From assembly GCA_051859245.1 (NCBI GenBank), contig JBHYGA010000001.1, positions 640,001-704,000 of the forward strand: 64,000 nt of DNA, written 5' to 3'. The position numbers were made by a program, and so were the translations under genes. Positions 40,282-50,457 of the stretch are shown in pieces; within the stretch, counting starts at the first letter, position 1, and each line of letters begins with the position of its first letter. This DNA comes from Gemmatimonadaceae bacterium. Its GTDB lineage: Bacteria > Gemmatimonadota > Gemmatimonadetes > Gemmatimonadales > Gemmatimonadaceae. The notes under the pieces were generated by a model. The model was given only the letters and a program-made list of their open reading frames with translations. It searched no databases and was not told the DNA's origin.

Positions 40282-40456
40282 TTCTCGGGAAAATGCGTAA
40301 CAAACGAACCGATCACAGGGATCGGCGCCGCCCGGTGGTTCGTGGGGGCGCGTGGTGCTGCGCACACGCTCCGGAACCAAGCGCACCGACATTGACCACA
40401 GGTTTCGCCTGTAACAACGACGGTGAGACACGACACCGTGCAGCTATGAAAAACTA

Positions 40457-40490
40457 GCCGAGAGACACCTCAGAAACCAGTGTCTCTGCC
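40457..40490 (-). terminator. Probable terminator hairpin after the alpha/beta hydrolase
   Basis: Minus strand AGAGACAC-N11-GTGTCTCT with a T-run shortly downstream. Confidence 0.4.
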
Positions 40491-40501
40491 TCTATAAACG
40501 C

Positions 40502-41350
40502 CTATTCCTCGTGATTCGTTGAGGCGTTCATCCATTCAAGCAGCGTGTGCGCGAGCGTGTCAGGCGCGTCTTCCGCCACCAAGCGTCCCACGCCGAGCAT
40601 CGTCCGAAGCTCGGCGCCTCGCAGCGCGGCGCTCAAGGCTGTGGCGACGGTGGCTGGCACTGTTCGATCCCCGTCCGTACGCAGCACCAAGGTGGGCGTG
40701 CGAACGTGATCCAGCGCCTCGAGCTCTACGCCGTCGCCTTCGAGCGTGCGCGCGAGGAGCTGCAGCTGCTCAACGCCCCCTGAACCAGCCCACGGCGCGA
40801 GGTAGCGTGCCATGGCCGAGGCGGGAAGACCCGCGGGGTCGGCCACCGCATCACTGAGCACGGCTCCCATCAGCGCGGCTGCACCCAGTCGTGCGCTCGA
40901 CGCGCCAATGGCCAGACGCGCCGCCGCGCGCTGCATGGCGCGAACCGGTGCCGATGGCAGGTCGGTGATGTCGGGTGGATTCAGAATTGCCAGCCGGGAT
41001 ACGCGCTCGGGGTGCCGCGAGGCCAGCGCCAGCCCCACGAGGCCGCCCACATCTTGCCCTACGATGGTCGCCTGCGGTACGCGCAGCGCGCCGAGCGCTC
41101 GATCCACCACGTCGGCCTGGGTGGCCAGATCGTACGTGGCGTCGAGCGGTCGATCGGATTCGCCGTGCCCCAGCAGATCGATCGCCAACGCGACCAGGCC
41201 GGCGTTGGCGAGTCGCGCCGACACGCCGCGCCACAGGGTCGCGTTCGTTCCGAACCCGTGCAACAACACCACGGGACGATTGCCGCGTCCCATGCGCTCC
41301 ACGTGCAAGGTGCCACCGCCAATCGGAACGCGGAGATGCTCAACGAACAT
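40502..41350 (-). CDS. Alpha/beta-fold hydrolase (epoxide hydrolase/dehalogenase-like), catalytic His apparently absent
   Basis: LLHGF, DLLGHGES, VGQDVGG (Asp nucleophile elbow); C-terminal GVGRLVAED where GxGH is expected. Confidence 0.85.
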   Translation of the reverse strand: MFVEHLRVPIGGGTLHVERMGRGNRPVVLLHGFGTNATLWRGVSARLANAGLVALAIDLLGHGESDRPLDATYDLATQADVVDRALGALRVPQATIVGQDVGGLVGLALASRHPERVSRLAILNPPDITDLPSAPVRAMQRAAARLAIGASSARLGAAALMGAVLSDAVADPAGLPASAMARYLAPWAGSGGVEQLQLLARTLEGDGVELEALDHVRTPTLVLRTDGDRTVPATVATALSAALRGAELRTMLGVGRLVAEDAPDTLAHTLLEWMNASTNHEE

Positions 41351-41500
41351 AGGTGCCGGATGAAGGAAACGTGTCTCAGGATAGCGACGAGCCCCGTCGC
41401 GTGAATAACTTGCCAATACGACGCTCCGTCGAACGCATCGCCGTCTACGACGGTTGCACTCCCCCTCTCTCTCGCATCGCGATCACGAGGCCGTAACTCG

Positions 41501-42226
41501 GTGAGCAAGAAGACTGTCAAACCACAAAAGTCGCCGGTGCCGTTCTACGCGCTCCTGGCCGTAGTCGCCGCCGTTGGTGCCTATGTGTTGTACACCGTCA
41601 CCCGCCCCACCGCTCCGGTCGCCATTGCCGTGGCCCCAGGATCGGCGCCGGTCGAAGCGTCGGGCTACCTGTACGGCAACGCCGACGCGCCGGTCAAGAT
41701 CATTGAATACGCCGACTTTGAGTGTGGTGGATGTGCGCAGTTCAATGTTCTGGTGACGCCCGACATCAAATCGCGCATTGTTGACGCCGGACTGGCCAGC
41801 TTTCGTTTCTACGACTTCCCGCTCAACATCCATCCGAACGCCATGGCCGCACATCTCGCCGCCGCCTGCGCTGACGATCAAGGGAAGTTCTGGGTGATGC
41901 ACGATCGGATTTTTGCCGGTCAGATCGACTGGAACACACAAGCCACACGCAATCCGCGCAAAGCGCTCGAGGGCTACGCCAAAGAGCTCGGCCTTGATAT
42001 GGCCGCGTGGAACACGTGCTACGACTCGCAGAAGCATGTCGCGCGGATCGAGGCCAATCGGAATGCTGGTATCAAGATGGGTGTGGGATCAACACCGACG
42101 GTGCAGGTGGGTGACCGCCTCTATCCCGGTGGCCTGAGCAGCGATCAGATCAAGTTCATCGTGGACTCCATGGTGGCCGCCATGCCGGCGGTGATGCTGA
42201 CGCCCAGCGACACCGCCAAGCCGTAA
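41501..42226 (+). CDS. Membrane-anchored DsbA-like thioredoxin-fold protein
   Basis: GNADAPVKIIEYADFECGGC, DFPL..HP, QGKFW.MHD, STPT cis-Pro loop. Confidence 0.88.
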   Translation: MSKKTVKPQKSPVPFYALLAVVAAVGAYVLYTVTRPTAPVAIAVAPGSAPVEASGYLYGNADAPVKIIEYADFECGGCAQFNVLVTPDIKSRIVDAGLASFRFYDFPLNIHPNAMAAHLAAACADDQGKFWVMHDRIFAGQIDWNTQATRNPRKALEGYAKELGLDMAAWNTCYDSQKHVARIEANRNAGIKMGVGSTPTVQVGDRLYPGGLSSDQIKFIVDSMVAAMPAVMLTPSDTAKP

Positions 42227-42246
42227 CGACCGTACCGTGAACAAAT

Positions 42247-42282
42247 CGCCCCCGCTGATACAGATCGGCGGGGGCGTTTTTT
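42247..42282 (+). terminator. Rho-independent terminator
   Basis: CGCCCCCGCTGAT-ACAG-ATCGGCGGGGGCG followed by TTTTTT. Confidence 0.85.
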
Positions 42283-42285
42283 GTG

Positions 42286-42675
42286 CTAGGCCAACCGGCG
42301 TCGGGCGGCGGCTGCGTCGTCCAGCCGCAAGCGCGGGCGTACCGGGAGTTCGTCGGTGCTGGCGTGTGGCTCGGCAACCGGCGAGGCGCTGGTACGTGCC
42401 GACATCAGTCCCTCGCCAAGCGCCACGAGCGCACGGGTAATGATCACACCGGCCAGTGGGTCGGGCACCGCCATCTCACGCACGTACACTTCGAGCGCGC
42501 GCTCGAACGGCACATCGGGCGCGAGTGCGTCCACGAACAGCAGGGCGTTCTCTACATGGGCACGCACAATTGCCTCGTCCGCTCGCGCCTGCGCGAGGCG
42601 CAGTCGCTGCTCCACGGCCGGAGACAACTTGCGCGAGAAGATCGATTCGGGAAGCAAACGACGGAAGAGATCCAT
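42286..42675 (-). CDS. Hypothetical protein (129 aa)
   Basis: Helical ORF filling the gap between the terminator and acs; TAAATT 6 nt before the ATG. Confidence 0.65.
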   Translation of the reverse strand: MDLFRRLLPESIFSRKLSPAVEQRLRLAQARADEAIVRAHVENALLFVDALAPDVPFERALEVYVREMAVPDPLAGVIITRALVALGEGLMSARTSASPVAEPHASTDELPVRPRLRLDDAAAARRRLA

Positions 42676-42769
42676 GATGTCAATTTAGACGCTATTTGGC
42701 TCAGGATGTTTCGTCCCGGGTGCCAGCGCTGGTGACAACCGTCACGAATCTCTCACCGTCGCGTGCTTT

Positions 42770-44737
42770 TTAGCTCTCCTGCGCCTCGTATTGCTCCTTG
42801 AGACCGGCCACTACACCCGGATCGGCCAGCGTCGTGGTGTCTCCCAGCGCGCGTCCTTCGGCGATGTCGCGCAGCAGCCGACGCATGATTTTGCCCGAAC
42901 GCGTCTTGGGCAGATCAGCGCTGAACAGAATATCGTCGGGGCGGGCCAGTGCCCCGATTTTCATGGCCACATGTTCGCGCAGTTCGTCACGCAGCGACGG
43001 GCTGGCGTGAAAGCCCGTGCGCAGCGAAACGAACGCGGCAATCGCTTGTCCTTTCATCTCGTGTGCTTTGCCAACGACAGCCGCTTCGGCAACGGCCGGA
43101 TGGTCAACCAGCGCACTCTCCACTTCCATCGTGCCAATGCGATGTCCGGACACGTTGAGCACGTCGTCGACGCGTCCAAGAATCCAGTAGTAACCGTGAT
43201 CGTCGCGCTTAATGCCGTCGCCGGGAAAATACAAATCGGGACGACCGGGCCATTTGCTGAAATACGTGTCGACGTAACGCGCGTCGTCGTTCCAGATCGT
43301 GCGCAACATGCTCGGCCACGGCTTCGTAATCGCCATCAGGCCGCCACCCTTTTCGAGTTCGTTGCCATGCACATCAACAAGCGCGGCGTGAATGCCAGGA
43401 TACGGCGTTGTCGCCGAGCCGGGTTTCGTTGACGTCACACCAGGCAACGGGCTGATCATGATGGCACCGGTTTCTGTTTGCCACCACGTATCCACAATCG
43501 GGCAACGTTCACCGCCAATGTGTTCGTGATACCACATCCACGCTTCAGGATTGATCGGTTCACCAACGGAGCCGAGCAGTCGCAGTGTGGACAGGTCGTA
43601 CGGTTTTACGAGGGACGCGCCCCATTTCATGAACGCGCGAATGGCGGTTGGTGCGGTGTAAAAAATGGTGACGCCGTAGCGCTCGATGATTTGCCAGAAA
43701 CGATCTTTCTCGGGCCAGTCGGGCGCGCCTTCGTACACGATGCACGTGGCGCCGTTGGCGAGCGGGCCGTATGTGAGATACGAGTGGCCGGTAATCCAGC
43801 CAATGTCGGCGGTGCACCAGAACACGTCTTGTTCTTTGAGATCAAACACGTGTTTGGTGGTGCTGGCCACGCCGGTGAGATAGCCACCAGTGGTGTGGAC
43901 GATGCCCTTGGGTTTTCCCGTGGTGCCACTCGTGTACAGAATGAACAACAGGTCTTCTGCGTCCATCACTTCTGGTGCGCACAGCTTGGGCACCTGACGC
44001 TTGAGACGATGCCACCAGTGATCGCGTCCGTCTGTCATCTCCGCGAACGTTTCGTCGCCAACACCAGTGCGTCGGCGCATCACAACAAGCACGTGTTCAA
44101 TCGTGGGGCAGTCGGCGACTGCTTTGTCCGCGTTGCGCTTGAGTGGCACCATCTGTCCGCGGCGATATCCTCCGTCGGCGGTGATAAGCACTTTCGCGCC
44201 TGCGTCGTTAATGCGATCGCGAAGCGCTTCCGGCGCAAAGCCACCAAACACAACGGAGTGCACCGCGCCAATGCGCGCGCAGGCGAGCATGGCGATGACG
44301 GCTTCGGGAATCATCGGCAGGTAAATCGCCACGCGATCACCTTTTTGCACGCCGAGATGCTTGAGCATGTTGGCCGCGAGATTCACTTCGCGGTACAGAT
44401 CCCAGTAGGTGTACGTGCGACGATCACCTGGCTCGCCTTCCCAGATGAGAGCGGCCTTGTTGCGTCGCGGGCCGTGAATGTGCCGGTCCACGCAATTCAC
44501 GCAGGCGTTGAGCTGGCCTCCGGTGAACCACTTGGCATGGGGCGGCGTCCACTCGAGCACCTGATCCCAGGGGCGATCCCACTGCAGCGTGGCGGCTTCT
44601 TCTGCCCAAAAGCCCTCAGGATCAGCGGCTGCACGCTCGTGCAGCGAGCCGTCGCGCACGAGCGCGTCGTTGCGGAAGGCGTCGGACGGAGGGAAGAGAC
44701 GGTGTTCCTGCAGGAGAACGTCGATATCGCTGCTCAT
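42770..44737 (-). CDS. acs: Acetyl-CoA synthetase (AMP-forming)
   Basis: [44 protein letters not shown]. Confidence 0.97.
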   Translation of the reverse strand: MSSDIDVLLQEHRLFPPSDAFRNDALVRDGSLHERAAADPEGFWAEEAATLQWDRPWDQVLEWTPPHAKWFTGGQLNACVNCVDRHIHGPRRNKAALIWEGEPGDRRTYTYWDLYREVNLAANMLKHLGVQKGDRVAIYLPMIPEAVIAMLACARIGAVHSVVFGGFAPEALRDRINDAGAKVLITADGGYRRGQMVPLKRNADKAVADCPTIEHVLVVMRRRTGVGDETFAEMTDGRDHWWHRLKRQVPKLCAPEVMDAEDLLFILYTSGTTGKPKGIVHTTGGYLTGVASTTKHVFDLKEQDVFWCTADIGWITGHSYLTYGPLANGATCIVYEGAPDWPEKDRFWQIIERYGVTIFYTAPTAIRAFMKWGASLVKPYDLSTLRLLGSVGEPINPEAWMWYHEHIGGERCPIVDTWWQTETGAIMISPLPGVTSTKPGSATTPYPGIHAALVDVHGNELEKGGGLMAITKPWPSMLRTIWNDDARYVDTYFSKWPGRPDLYFPGDGIKRDDHGYYWILGRVDDVLNVSGHRIGTMEVESALVDHPAVAEAAVVGKAHEMKGQAIAAFVSLRTGFHASPSLRDELREHVAMKIGALARPDDILFSADLPKTRSGKIMRRLLRDIAEGRALGDTTTLADPGVVAGLKEQYEAQES

Positions 44738-44873
44738 GGTCGGAATCGGGTAGTGGGAAACGGCAACTAGTCGAACCTGTGCAACTGACGCGTCGCGGGC
44801 AACCGCTTTGGTGGCTAACCTTCAGGAATGTGCACGTTCCGATACTCCATTTCTTCGCGCCGGCAGGCTGTCG

Positions 44874-45596
44874 GTGGTTGAACAGCCCGCGCTGGTGGCC
44901 GAACGCGTGACCCGCAAGTATGGCGGTCGCGTGGCGGTGAAGGACGTGTCGCTCACGCTCTCCCCGGGCGATTGTCTGGCGCTCTTTGGCCCGAATGGGG
45001 CGGGGAAGACCACGTTGCTGCGCATGCTTGGCGGCCTTTTAAAGCCAAACAGCGGTACGGTGCGACTGCACGGCAACGCGCTGCCGGGTGAAGCGGAGAC
45101 GCGGCGATTGCTCGGCGTGATTTCGCACAAGTCCATGCTGTATGACGCACTCACGGTGCGAGAGAATGTGATGTTTGCGGCGGAGTGTCAGGGGCTGCGT
45201 GACGCGGCTGCGGCAACAACGCGCGCGCTTGAGATGTTGAAGGTGCTCGATCGTGCGGACACACCCGTACGCGCGCTGAGTCGCGGCCTGCAGCAACGTG
45301 TGTCGATCGCGCGGGCGTTGGTGCACGGGCCGCAGCTGGTGTTGCTGGATGAACCGTACACTGGGCTTGATGAGACGGGCGCGCGTGCGTTGACCGATGC
45401 GTTGCGCGCTTTGAAATCGAGCGGCGCAACGGTGGTGCTCATTACACACAATCTGAGTGAAGGGCTGGCGCTCGCGACGCACGCCACGATCATGCGCTCG
45501 GGGACATTTGCACATGAAATGCCGCGTCCTGAAGCGTCGTATGATTTGGCCGAGTATGCAGCGCTGTACCGCGAGATTGTGGCGGGTGGAGAGTGA
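44874..45596 (+). CDS. ccmA: Heme ABC exporter ATP-binding subunit
   Basis: GPNGAGKTT, LSRGLQQR, LLDEPYTGLD; upstream of ccmB/ccmC. Start uncertain. Confidence 0.8.
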   Translation: MVEQPALVAERVTRKYGGRVAVKDVSLTLSPGDCLALFGPNGAGKTTLLRMLGGLLKPNSGTVRLHGNALPGEAETRRLLGVISHKSMLYDALTVRENVMFAAECQGLRDAAAATTRALEMLKVLDRADTPVRALSRGLQQRVSIARALVHGPQLVLLDEPYTGLDETGARALTDALRALKSSGATVVLITHNLSEGLALATHATIMRSGTFAHEMPRPEASYDLAEYAALYREIVAGGE

Positions 45597-45668
45597 CCAC
45601 GGTCTTGTGTACGCACCCGGTGGCTCGCACATGAGTGCCTGGTTTCATGTGCGAACAGCAGGCGCACG

Positions 45669-46367
45669 ATGAGCAGCCTGTTTCGCGAGCCGTCGTTCTT
45701 TGCCGACGCCGTGCGCATTGCGCGCAAGGATCTGCTGATCGAGTTTCGCACGCGCAGCGGATTTTTATCCGCGACGGTGTTCGCGATGCTGTCCATTGCG
45801 ATCTTCCGGTTTTCGTGGGACCCGACCGCGGTCTCGTCGATCGACTTGGCGCCCGGCATTGTGTGGGTGATTTTCACCTTTGCCGGCTTGCTTGGTCTGA
45901 ATCGATCGTTCGGTGTGGAGCAGGCCGATCGGGCGCTCGACGCGCTGCTCGCGTCTCCCGTTTCTCGCGAGGCGGTGTTTGCGGGCAAGGCGCTCGGCAA
46001 CCTCTGTTTCGTGCTGGCGGTGCAGGTGATCGCACTGCCCACGCTGGCGCTTTTTTTCGGGCTGCCGGTGGCGCCGGAGTGGTGGGGCGTTGGCGCCATC
46101 GCGCTGCTCGCGGCCGTGGGTTTTGCGGCTGTGGGAACCCTGTTCGCGGCCATCGCGTCGAATACTCGACTGGCCGAGATGCTGCTGCCCATGCTGGCGC
46201 TGCCGTTTTTTGTGCCGGTACTGATCCCGGCGGCTCAGGCCACGTCGAAGTTGCTGGCGGGGCTGCCGCTCACTGAGGTAATTGCGGAGTTGAAGATCCT
46301 CGCGGCCTTCGACATTGTGTTCGTGGCGGCGTGTACGCTCGCCTTCCCGTTTACGCTTGAGGAATAG
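45669..46367 (+). CDS. ccmB: Heme exporter protein B
   Basis: KDLLIEFRTR, LNRSFGVE, LLPMLALPFFVPVLI; multi-TM. Confidence 0.88.
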   Translation: MSSLFREPSFFADAVRIARKDLLIEFRTRSGFLSATVFAMLSIAIFRFSWDPTAVSSIDLAPGIVWVIFTFAGLLGLNRSFGVEQADRALDALLASPVSREAVFAGKALGNLCFVLAVQVIALPTLALFFGLPVAPEWWGVGAIALLAAVGFAAVGTLFAAIASNTRLAEMLLPMLALPFFVPVLIPAAQATSKLLAGLPLTEVIAELKILAAFDIVFVAACTLAFPFTLEE

Positions 46368-46370
46368 GTC

Positions 46371-47087
46371 ATGACCTCCGTTTCTGCCGTGGACTCGCGT
46401 TCCACCACGGCGCGCCCGTTGCCCGCGTTTGACTGGTTGTTGGGGCTGGCCGTGCTCGCGGTGGGCGCGATGACGGTGCGCGCGCTGATGTACACGCCGG
46501 CAGATGCCGCGCTTGGCGCGGTGCAACGCATTCTGTACATCCATGTGCCGTCGGCGATTCTTGGCATGTACGTGGCGTGCACGATCATGGCCGCGTGCGG
46601 TGGATTGTTCTTGTGGCTCAAGGACGATCGCCTGGATCGGATTTCAGAGTCCGCGGCCGAAGTTGGGTTCGTGTTCCTGACCGTGGTGCTGGCGACCGGA
46701 GCGATCTGGGGCAAATCGTCGTGGGGCACGGCGTGGGCGTGGGAGCCAAGGCTGACATCGGCGTTGTTTCTCTGGTTTGTGCTGTTGTCGTATCTCGTGC
46801 TTCGCGACGCGATTGAAAACCGCGATACGCGCGCGCGGCTGTCCGCGGTGCTCGGAGTGTTGGCTCTGCTGCTCGTACCGTTCATTCACATGACGGTGTA
46901 CTTGTTTCGCGGCTTGCATCCGGATCCTGTGGTGTTGCAGCCAGGCAAGCCCAAAATGCCACCGGAAATGTTGATCACGTGGTTGTTCGCTGTGGGCGCG
47001 TTTGCGCTGCTGTTTTTTGCCTTGTTGCGCTTGCGGTATCGCTGGGCCACGGCGCGTGATGCACGACTGATGCTGGAGCAGGCGTGA
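46371..47087 (+). CDS. ccmC: Heme exporter protein C / cytochrome c assembly protein
   Basis: RILYIHVP, TGAIWGKSSWGTAWAWEPRLT (WWD motif), LHP. Confidence 0.9.
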   Translation: MTSVSAVDSRSTTARPLPAFDWLLGLAVLAVGAMTVRALMYTPADAALGAVQRILYIHVPSAILGMYVACTIMAACGGLFLWLKDDRLDRISESAAEVGFVFLTVVLATGAIWGKSSWGTAWAWEPRLTSALFLWFVLLSYLVLRDAIENRDTRARLSAVLGVLALLLVPFIHMTVYLFRGLHPDPVVLQPGKPKMPPEMLITWLFAVGAFALLFFALLRLRYRWATARDARLMLEQA

Positions 47088-47293
47088 GCGCGCTGATCTC
47101 GGTGAACGCGTTGCGGGCGCAGGAAGCGGCTGCAGCAGATTCCGCGGCGCAGGTCGCAGCGGCACCAGCGCGCGTCGGCCCTCCAGATACGTCTTACTAC
47201 ATGAAGCTCGGCTACATCGTGGCCGGCGTGATTTTCGCCGCGTACATTTTGGTCATGCTGCGACGCATCGCGTCAGTTCGACGCGGCTCGTGA
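47084..47293 (+). CDS. CcmD-like small membrane protein
   Basis: Single TM (GYIVAGVIFAAYILVML) with basic tail; overlaps the ccmC stop and hemD start. Confidence 0.55.
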   Translation: MSALISVNALRAQEAAAADSAAQVAAAPARVGPPDTSYYMKLGYIVAGVIFAAYILVMLRRIASVRRGS

Positions 47294-48051
47294 GTGCGTT
47301 GCGCGTTGCGGTCACGCGCGCGGCAGGAAAAGCGGAGTCGCTGTCGAGTCGACTGATCGCGGCGGGCGCCGAAGTGCACGAAATTCCGCTCACACGAATC
47401 GCGCGGCTTGATCCCGCGCCACTGCACGCAGCACTCGCCAACATCGCGCCGGTGCGATGGATTCTGCTCACGAGTGTGAACGCCGTGGAAATATTCGCCG
47501 ACGCGGTGCGTTCCACGAACACGGGCGATGCAATCGCTGATCGGTACGTGGCCGTTGTGGGTGACGTGACCGCGCAGGCGGCGGAGGCGCACGGTTGGCG
47601 CGCCGATATGGTGCCAGCGCAGTTCACTGCGGAAGGAATGCTGGATGCGTTTGCCGCGCGTGGTGATGTGGCGGGCACCACGGTGCTGTATCCGTGCGCG
47701 GTGGCCGCGCGCGATGTGTTGCCGGATGGTTTGCGCGCGCTCGGTGCCCACGTGCTGGTGGTGCCGTGTTACGAGAGTGTGCCCGATCGCGATGGACAGC
47801 GCACACTTGGGCAAATGCTTGCGAGTGGGATGCTCGATTTGATCACCGTTGCTGCACCGAGCGCGGTTGACGCACTCGCTGATGCTGTGCCGCCGGAGCA
47901 GGCTTCGCGCGTGCAGCTGGCGAGCATCGGGCCGGTGACGTCAAAGGCTGCGCGTCAGGCCGGGTTTCGTGTGACGGTGGAGGCAAATCCGTACACCGCT
48001 GAGGGATTGGTGCGCGCGATTGCGGAGTGGCGGGCGCGGACCACGAGGTAG
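47290..48051 (+). CDS. hemD: Uroporphyrinogen-III synthase
   Basis: VAVTR, LTSVNAV, VGDVTA, SIGPVT motifs. Confidence 0.88.
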   Translation: MSALRVAVTRAAGKAESLSSRLIAAGAEVHEIPLTRIARLDPAPLHAALANIAPVRWILLTSVNAVEIFADAVRSTNTGDAIADRYVAVVGDVTAQAAEAHGWRADMVPAQFTAEGMLDAFAARGDVAGTTVLYPCAVAARDVLPDGLRALGAHVLVVPCYESVPDRDGQRTLGQMLASGMLDLITVAAPSAVDALADAVPPEQASRVQLASIGPVTSKAARQAGFRVTVEANPYTAEGLVRAIAEWRARTTR

Positions 48052-48052
48052 C

Positions 48053-49255
48053 GTGCACACACATGGCCCGCGGCGCCTGCCGCGAGAGGTCTGGGTGTTG
48101 GGGGTGGTCAGTCTGTTGACTGACATGTCGTCAGAGCTGGTACACAGTCTGCTGCCGTTGTATCTCGTCTCGACACTCGGCGCGTCGATGCTTGTGGTCG
48201 GCGCGCTCGACGGTGCGGCGGAGTTTGTCGCGCTTCTGGTCAAAACATTTTCTGGTCGACTCAGTGACCGAACCGGCAAACGCAAGCCGCTCGTGTTGCT
48301 CGGCTACGGACTCTCGGCTGTGACCAAGCCGTTCTTTCCGCTCGCGGACTCGATCGCTCTCGTTGTGAGCGCACGCCTGATCGACCGAACGGGCAAAGGC
48401 ATTCGTGGTGCACCACGCGATGCGCTGATCAGTGATGTGACCGATGCGGCGCAGCGTGGCGCGGCGTTTGGACTGCGTCAGTCACTAGACACAGTTGGCG
48501 CGGTGCTGGGACCACTGCTCGCGATCGGTGGCATGATCTACTTCGCGTCGGACGTACGCACTGTGCTCTGGATCGCGGTGATTCCCGGGGCGATTGGGGT
48601 GCTGCTACTCGCGACGCTCGTGCGAGAACCGGCGCACCGTGCAATGCGCGTGAGTGAGGCTGTCGCAGGTGGTGGTCAGACCAGCACAGCGTTCGCTGGG
48701 CTCGGCCGCGCGTATTGGCAACTTGTTCTCTTTGGCGCGCTGTTGATGTTCGCTCGCGGCACCGAAGCATTTCTGGTGTTGCGTGCATCGAACGTTGGCC
48801 TGTCCGATACGTGGACGCCGCTCACGCTCGCAATTATGAGCCTGGCGTACGCACTCACGTCTTGGCCGGCTGGACACCTGTCAGATCGCATGCCGCGCGA
48901 GCGACTGCTCGTGATCGGTCTCGTGGTGCTCATCGTTTCGCATATGCTGCTAAGCGTCTCCACAAACATTGTGTGGACACTCGGTGGCACCGCACTCTGG
49001 GGCGTACACATGGGTCTCACGCAGGGAATTATTTCCGCGATGCTGGCCGATCGATCGCCCAAGGCGCTGCGTGGCACGGCGTTCGGCGTCTACGCCACGG
49101 CGAGTGGTGTGGCGCTGCTCGCGTCGGGCGCCGTTGGTGGATACTTGTGGCAGCGCGTGTCGCCGAGTGCGACGTTCCTAACGGGCGCTGTGGTGGCGCT
49201 TGTCGCGCTGCTTGCACTCCGATTGGTGCCGTCAACCCCAGTGGTGCGAGGTTAG
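48053..49255 (+). CDS. MFS transporter
   Basis: SLLTDMSSE, GRLSDRTGKRK, DRTGKGIRGAPRDALI; ~12 TM. Confidence 0.9.
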   Translation: MHTHGPRRLPREVWVLGVVSLLTDMSSELVHSLLPLYLVSTLGASMLVVGALDGAAEFVALLVKTFSGRLSDRTGKRKPLVLLGYGLSAVTKPFFPLADSIALVVSARLIDRTGKGIRGAPRDALISDVTDAAQRGAAFGLRQSLDTVGAVLGPLLAIGGMIYFASDVRTVLWIAVIPGAIGVLLLATLVREPAHRAMRVSEAVAGGGQTSTAFAGLGRAYWQLVLFGALLMFARGTEAFLVLRASNVGLSDTWTPLTLAIMSLAYALTSWPAGHLSDRMPRERLLVIGLVVLIVSHMLLSVSTNIVWTLGGTALWGVHMGLTQGIISAMLADRSPKALRGTAFGVYATASGVALLASGAVGGYLWQRVSPSATFLTGAVVALVALLALRLVPSTPVVRG

Positions 49256-49521
49256 TCGGCGAAGAGCGCCGCGAGATCGATCCCGAGGGGAGCCGACGCG
49301 TTCAGCGGATGCCACACTAGCGTTCTGCGTTCGATCTGCGGGGAGTGCACGTCTGACTGATGACGGGATTGGGTACGCAAAGCTGAGGCTGAGAACTCGC
49401 GATCGGGCTAGCGGACCCGCAATGCACGTACTCTATTTGCCTGCCGAGGATCGTTCGGCCTGCATCTGGTCCGGCCAAGCCTCGCACCACGCCTGACCAC
49501 CACTCAACTGCCGCCGCGCCG

Positions 49522-50334
49522 ATGACACTCGCCCGCGCTCGACGCTTCGTGCAGTCCGGCCTCGGACTTTTCGTCGCCGGCGCACTGATCATCGCGTGGG
49601 TCGTGTATCGGCACTCGGGGGCCGACCTCCCCGTGCCGGCGGAGCTCACCGTGTTCGGCGCGTTCGTGCTTGCTGGCTCGGGACTGCTCGTAGCCTGGGT
49701 CGGTTGGCGCACGCTGCGTCTTGGCTCAGCCTCACAGGCCTTTGCGCGCTGGCGCGTAACAGAAGCGGAGTGGCAGACATATGTCGCAGCCTGCCGCGCT
49801 CGGGAGACGATGCCCGGTGCGCTGCGGGGGGCGGTGCCACTCGATTTGGCGGTGTCATCGCAGGGCATCGAAGTGCTGGCGTTACGCCGAGGTTTTCGCG
49901 TGGGCGACTCGTTTCATGAGCTCGGCACGCTCGGAGCGGAAGTACTCGACGTGCGTGTGGTAGATTCGCCGGCAGCGATGTTCGAGTTCAACGTGCAGTA
50001 CGCGACAGGCAAAACCAGCAGCGTCAGTCTCGGGTTGCGCATTCCCATTGCCAACGATTCAGCGCAGCTCGCGAAGCAGGTGGAAGACCACTGGATGGCT
50101 CGTGAGCCGCTGCAACTGATGTCAAGCGCGCAGTTGCGAGCACGCGAGCGGACAGCTTGGTGGACTGCACTGGGCGGACTCTTTGCGTTCCTCACCGTCA
50201 TCGCGATCTTCGTTTTCAGTAATCCGCCAGGCTGGGCGGCGATCGCACCCGTGGGAGCGCTAGCGGTCGCGTGCATCGGCTTTTTTCGTGGGCTTCGAGC
50301 GCGCAGCGTCCGCTGGCGCAAGTTCGGGCGATGA
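49522..50334 (+). CDS. Hypothetical membrane protein (2 TM, soluble domain, 2 TM)
   Basis: 270-aa ORF with hydrophobic helices at both ends. Confidence 0.6.
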   Translation: MTLARARRFVQSGLGLFVAGALIIAWVVYRHSGADLPVPAELTVFGAFVLAGSGLLVAWVGWRTLRLGSASQAFARWRVTEAEWQTYVAACRARETMPGALRGAVPLDLAVSSQGIEVLALRRGFRVGDSFHELGTLGAEVLDVRVVDSPAAMFEFNVQYATGKTSSVSLGLRIPIANDSAQLAKQVEDHWMAREPLQLMSSAQLRARERTAWWTALGGLFAFLTVIAIFVFSNPPGWAAIAPVGALAVACIGFFRGLRARSVRWRKFGR

Positions 50335-50457
50335 AAGTCCGGGACCGCCCTTGGCACCCGTGCATGCGTCGGCATCCACGGCCCTTTTCGACATCGACGT
50401 GCCCGCGCCCAACGGCTAACTTGTGTGTCAACGATCCCTGACACTTTTCCCGATTGT

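Noticed and set aside
40398..40412. GAAA-loop hairpin considered as a c-di-GMP-I riboswitch
   Set aside because: The second stem and conserved junction nucleotides were not found.
49256..49521. Spacer examined for attC, tRNA or IS ends
   Set aside because: No convincing attC boxes, cloverleaf or terminal inverted repeats.
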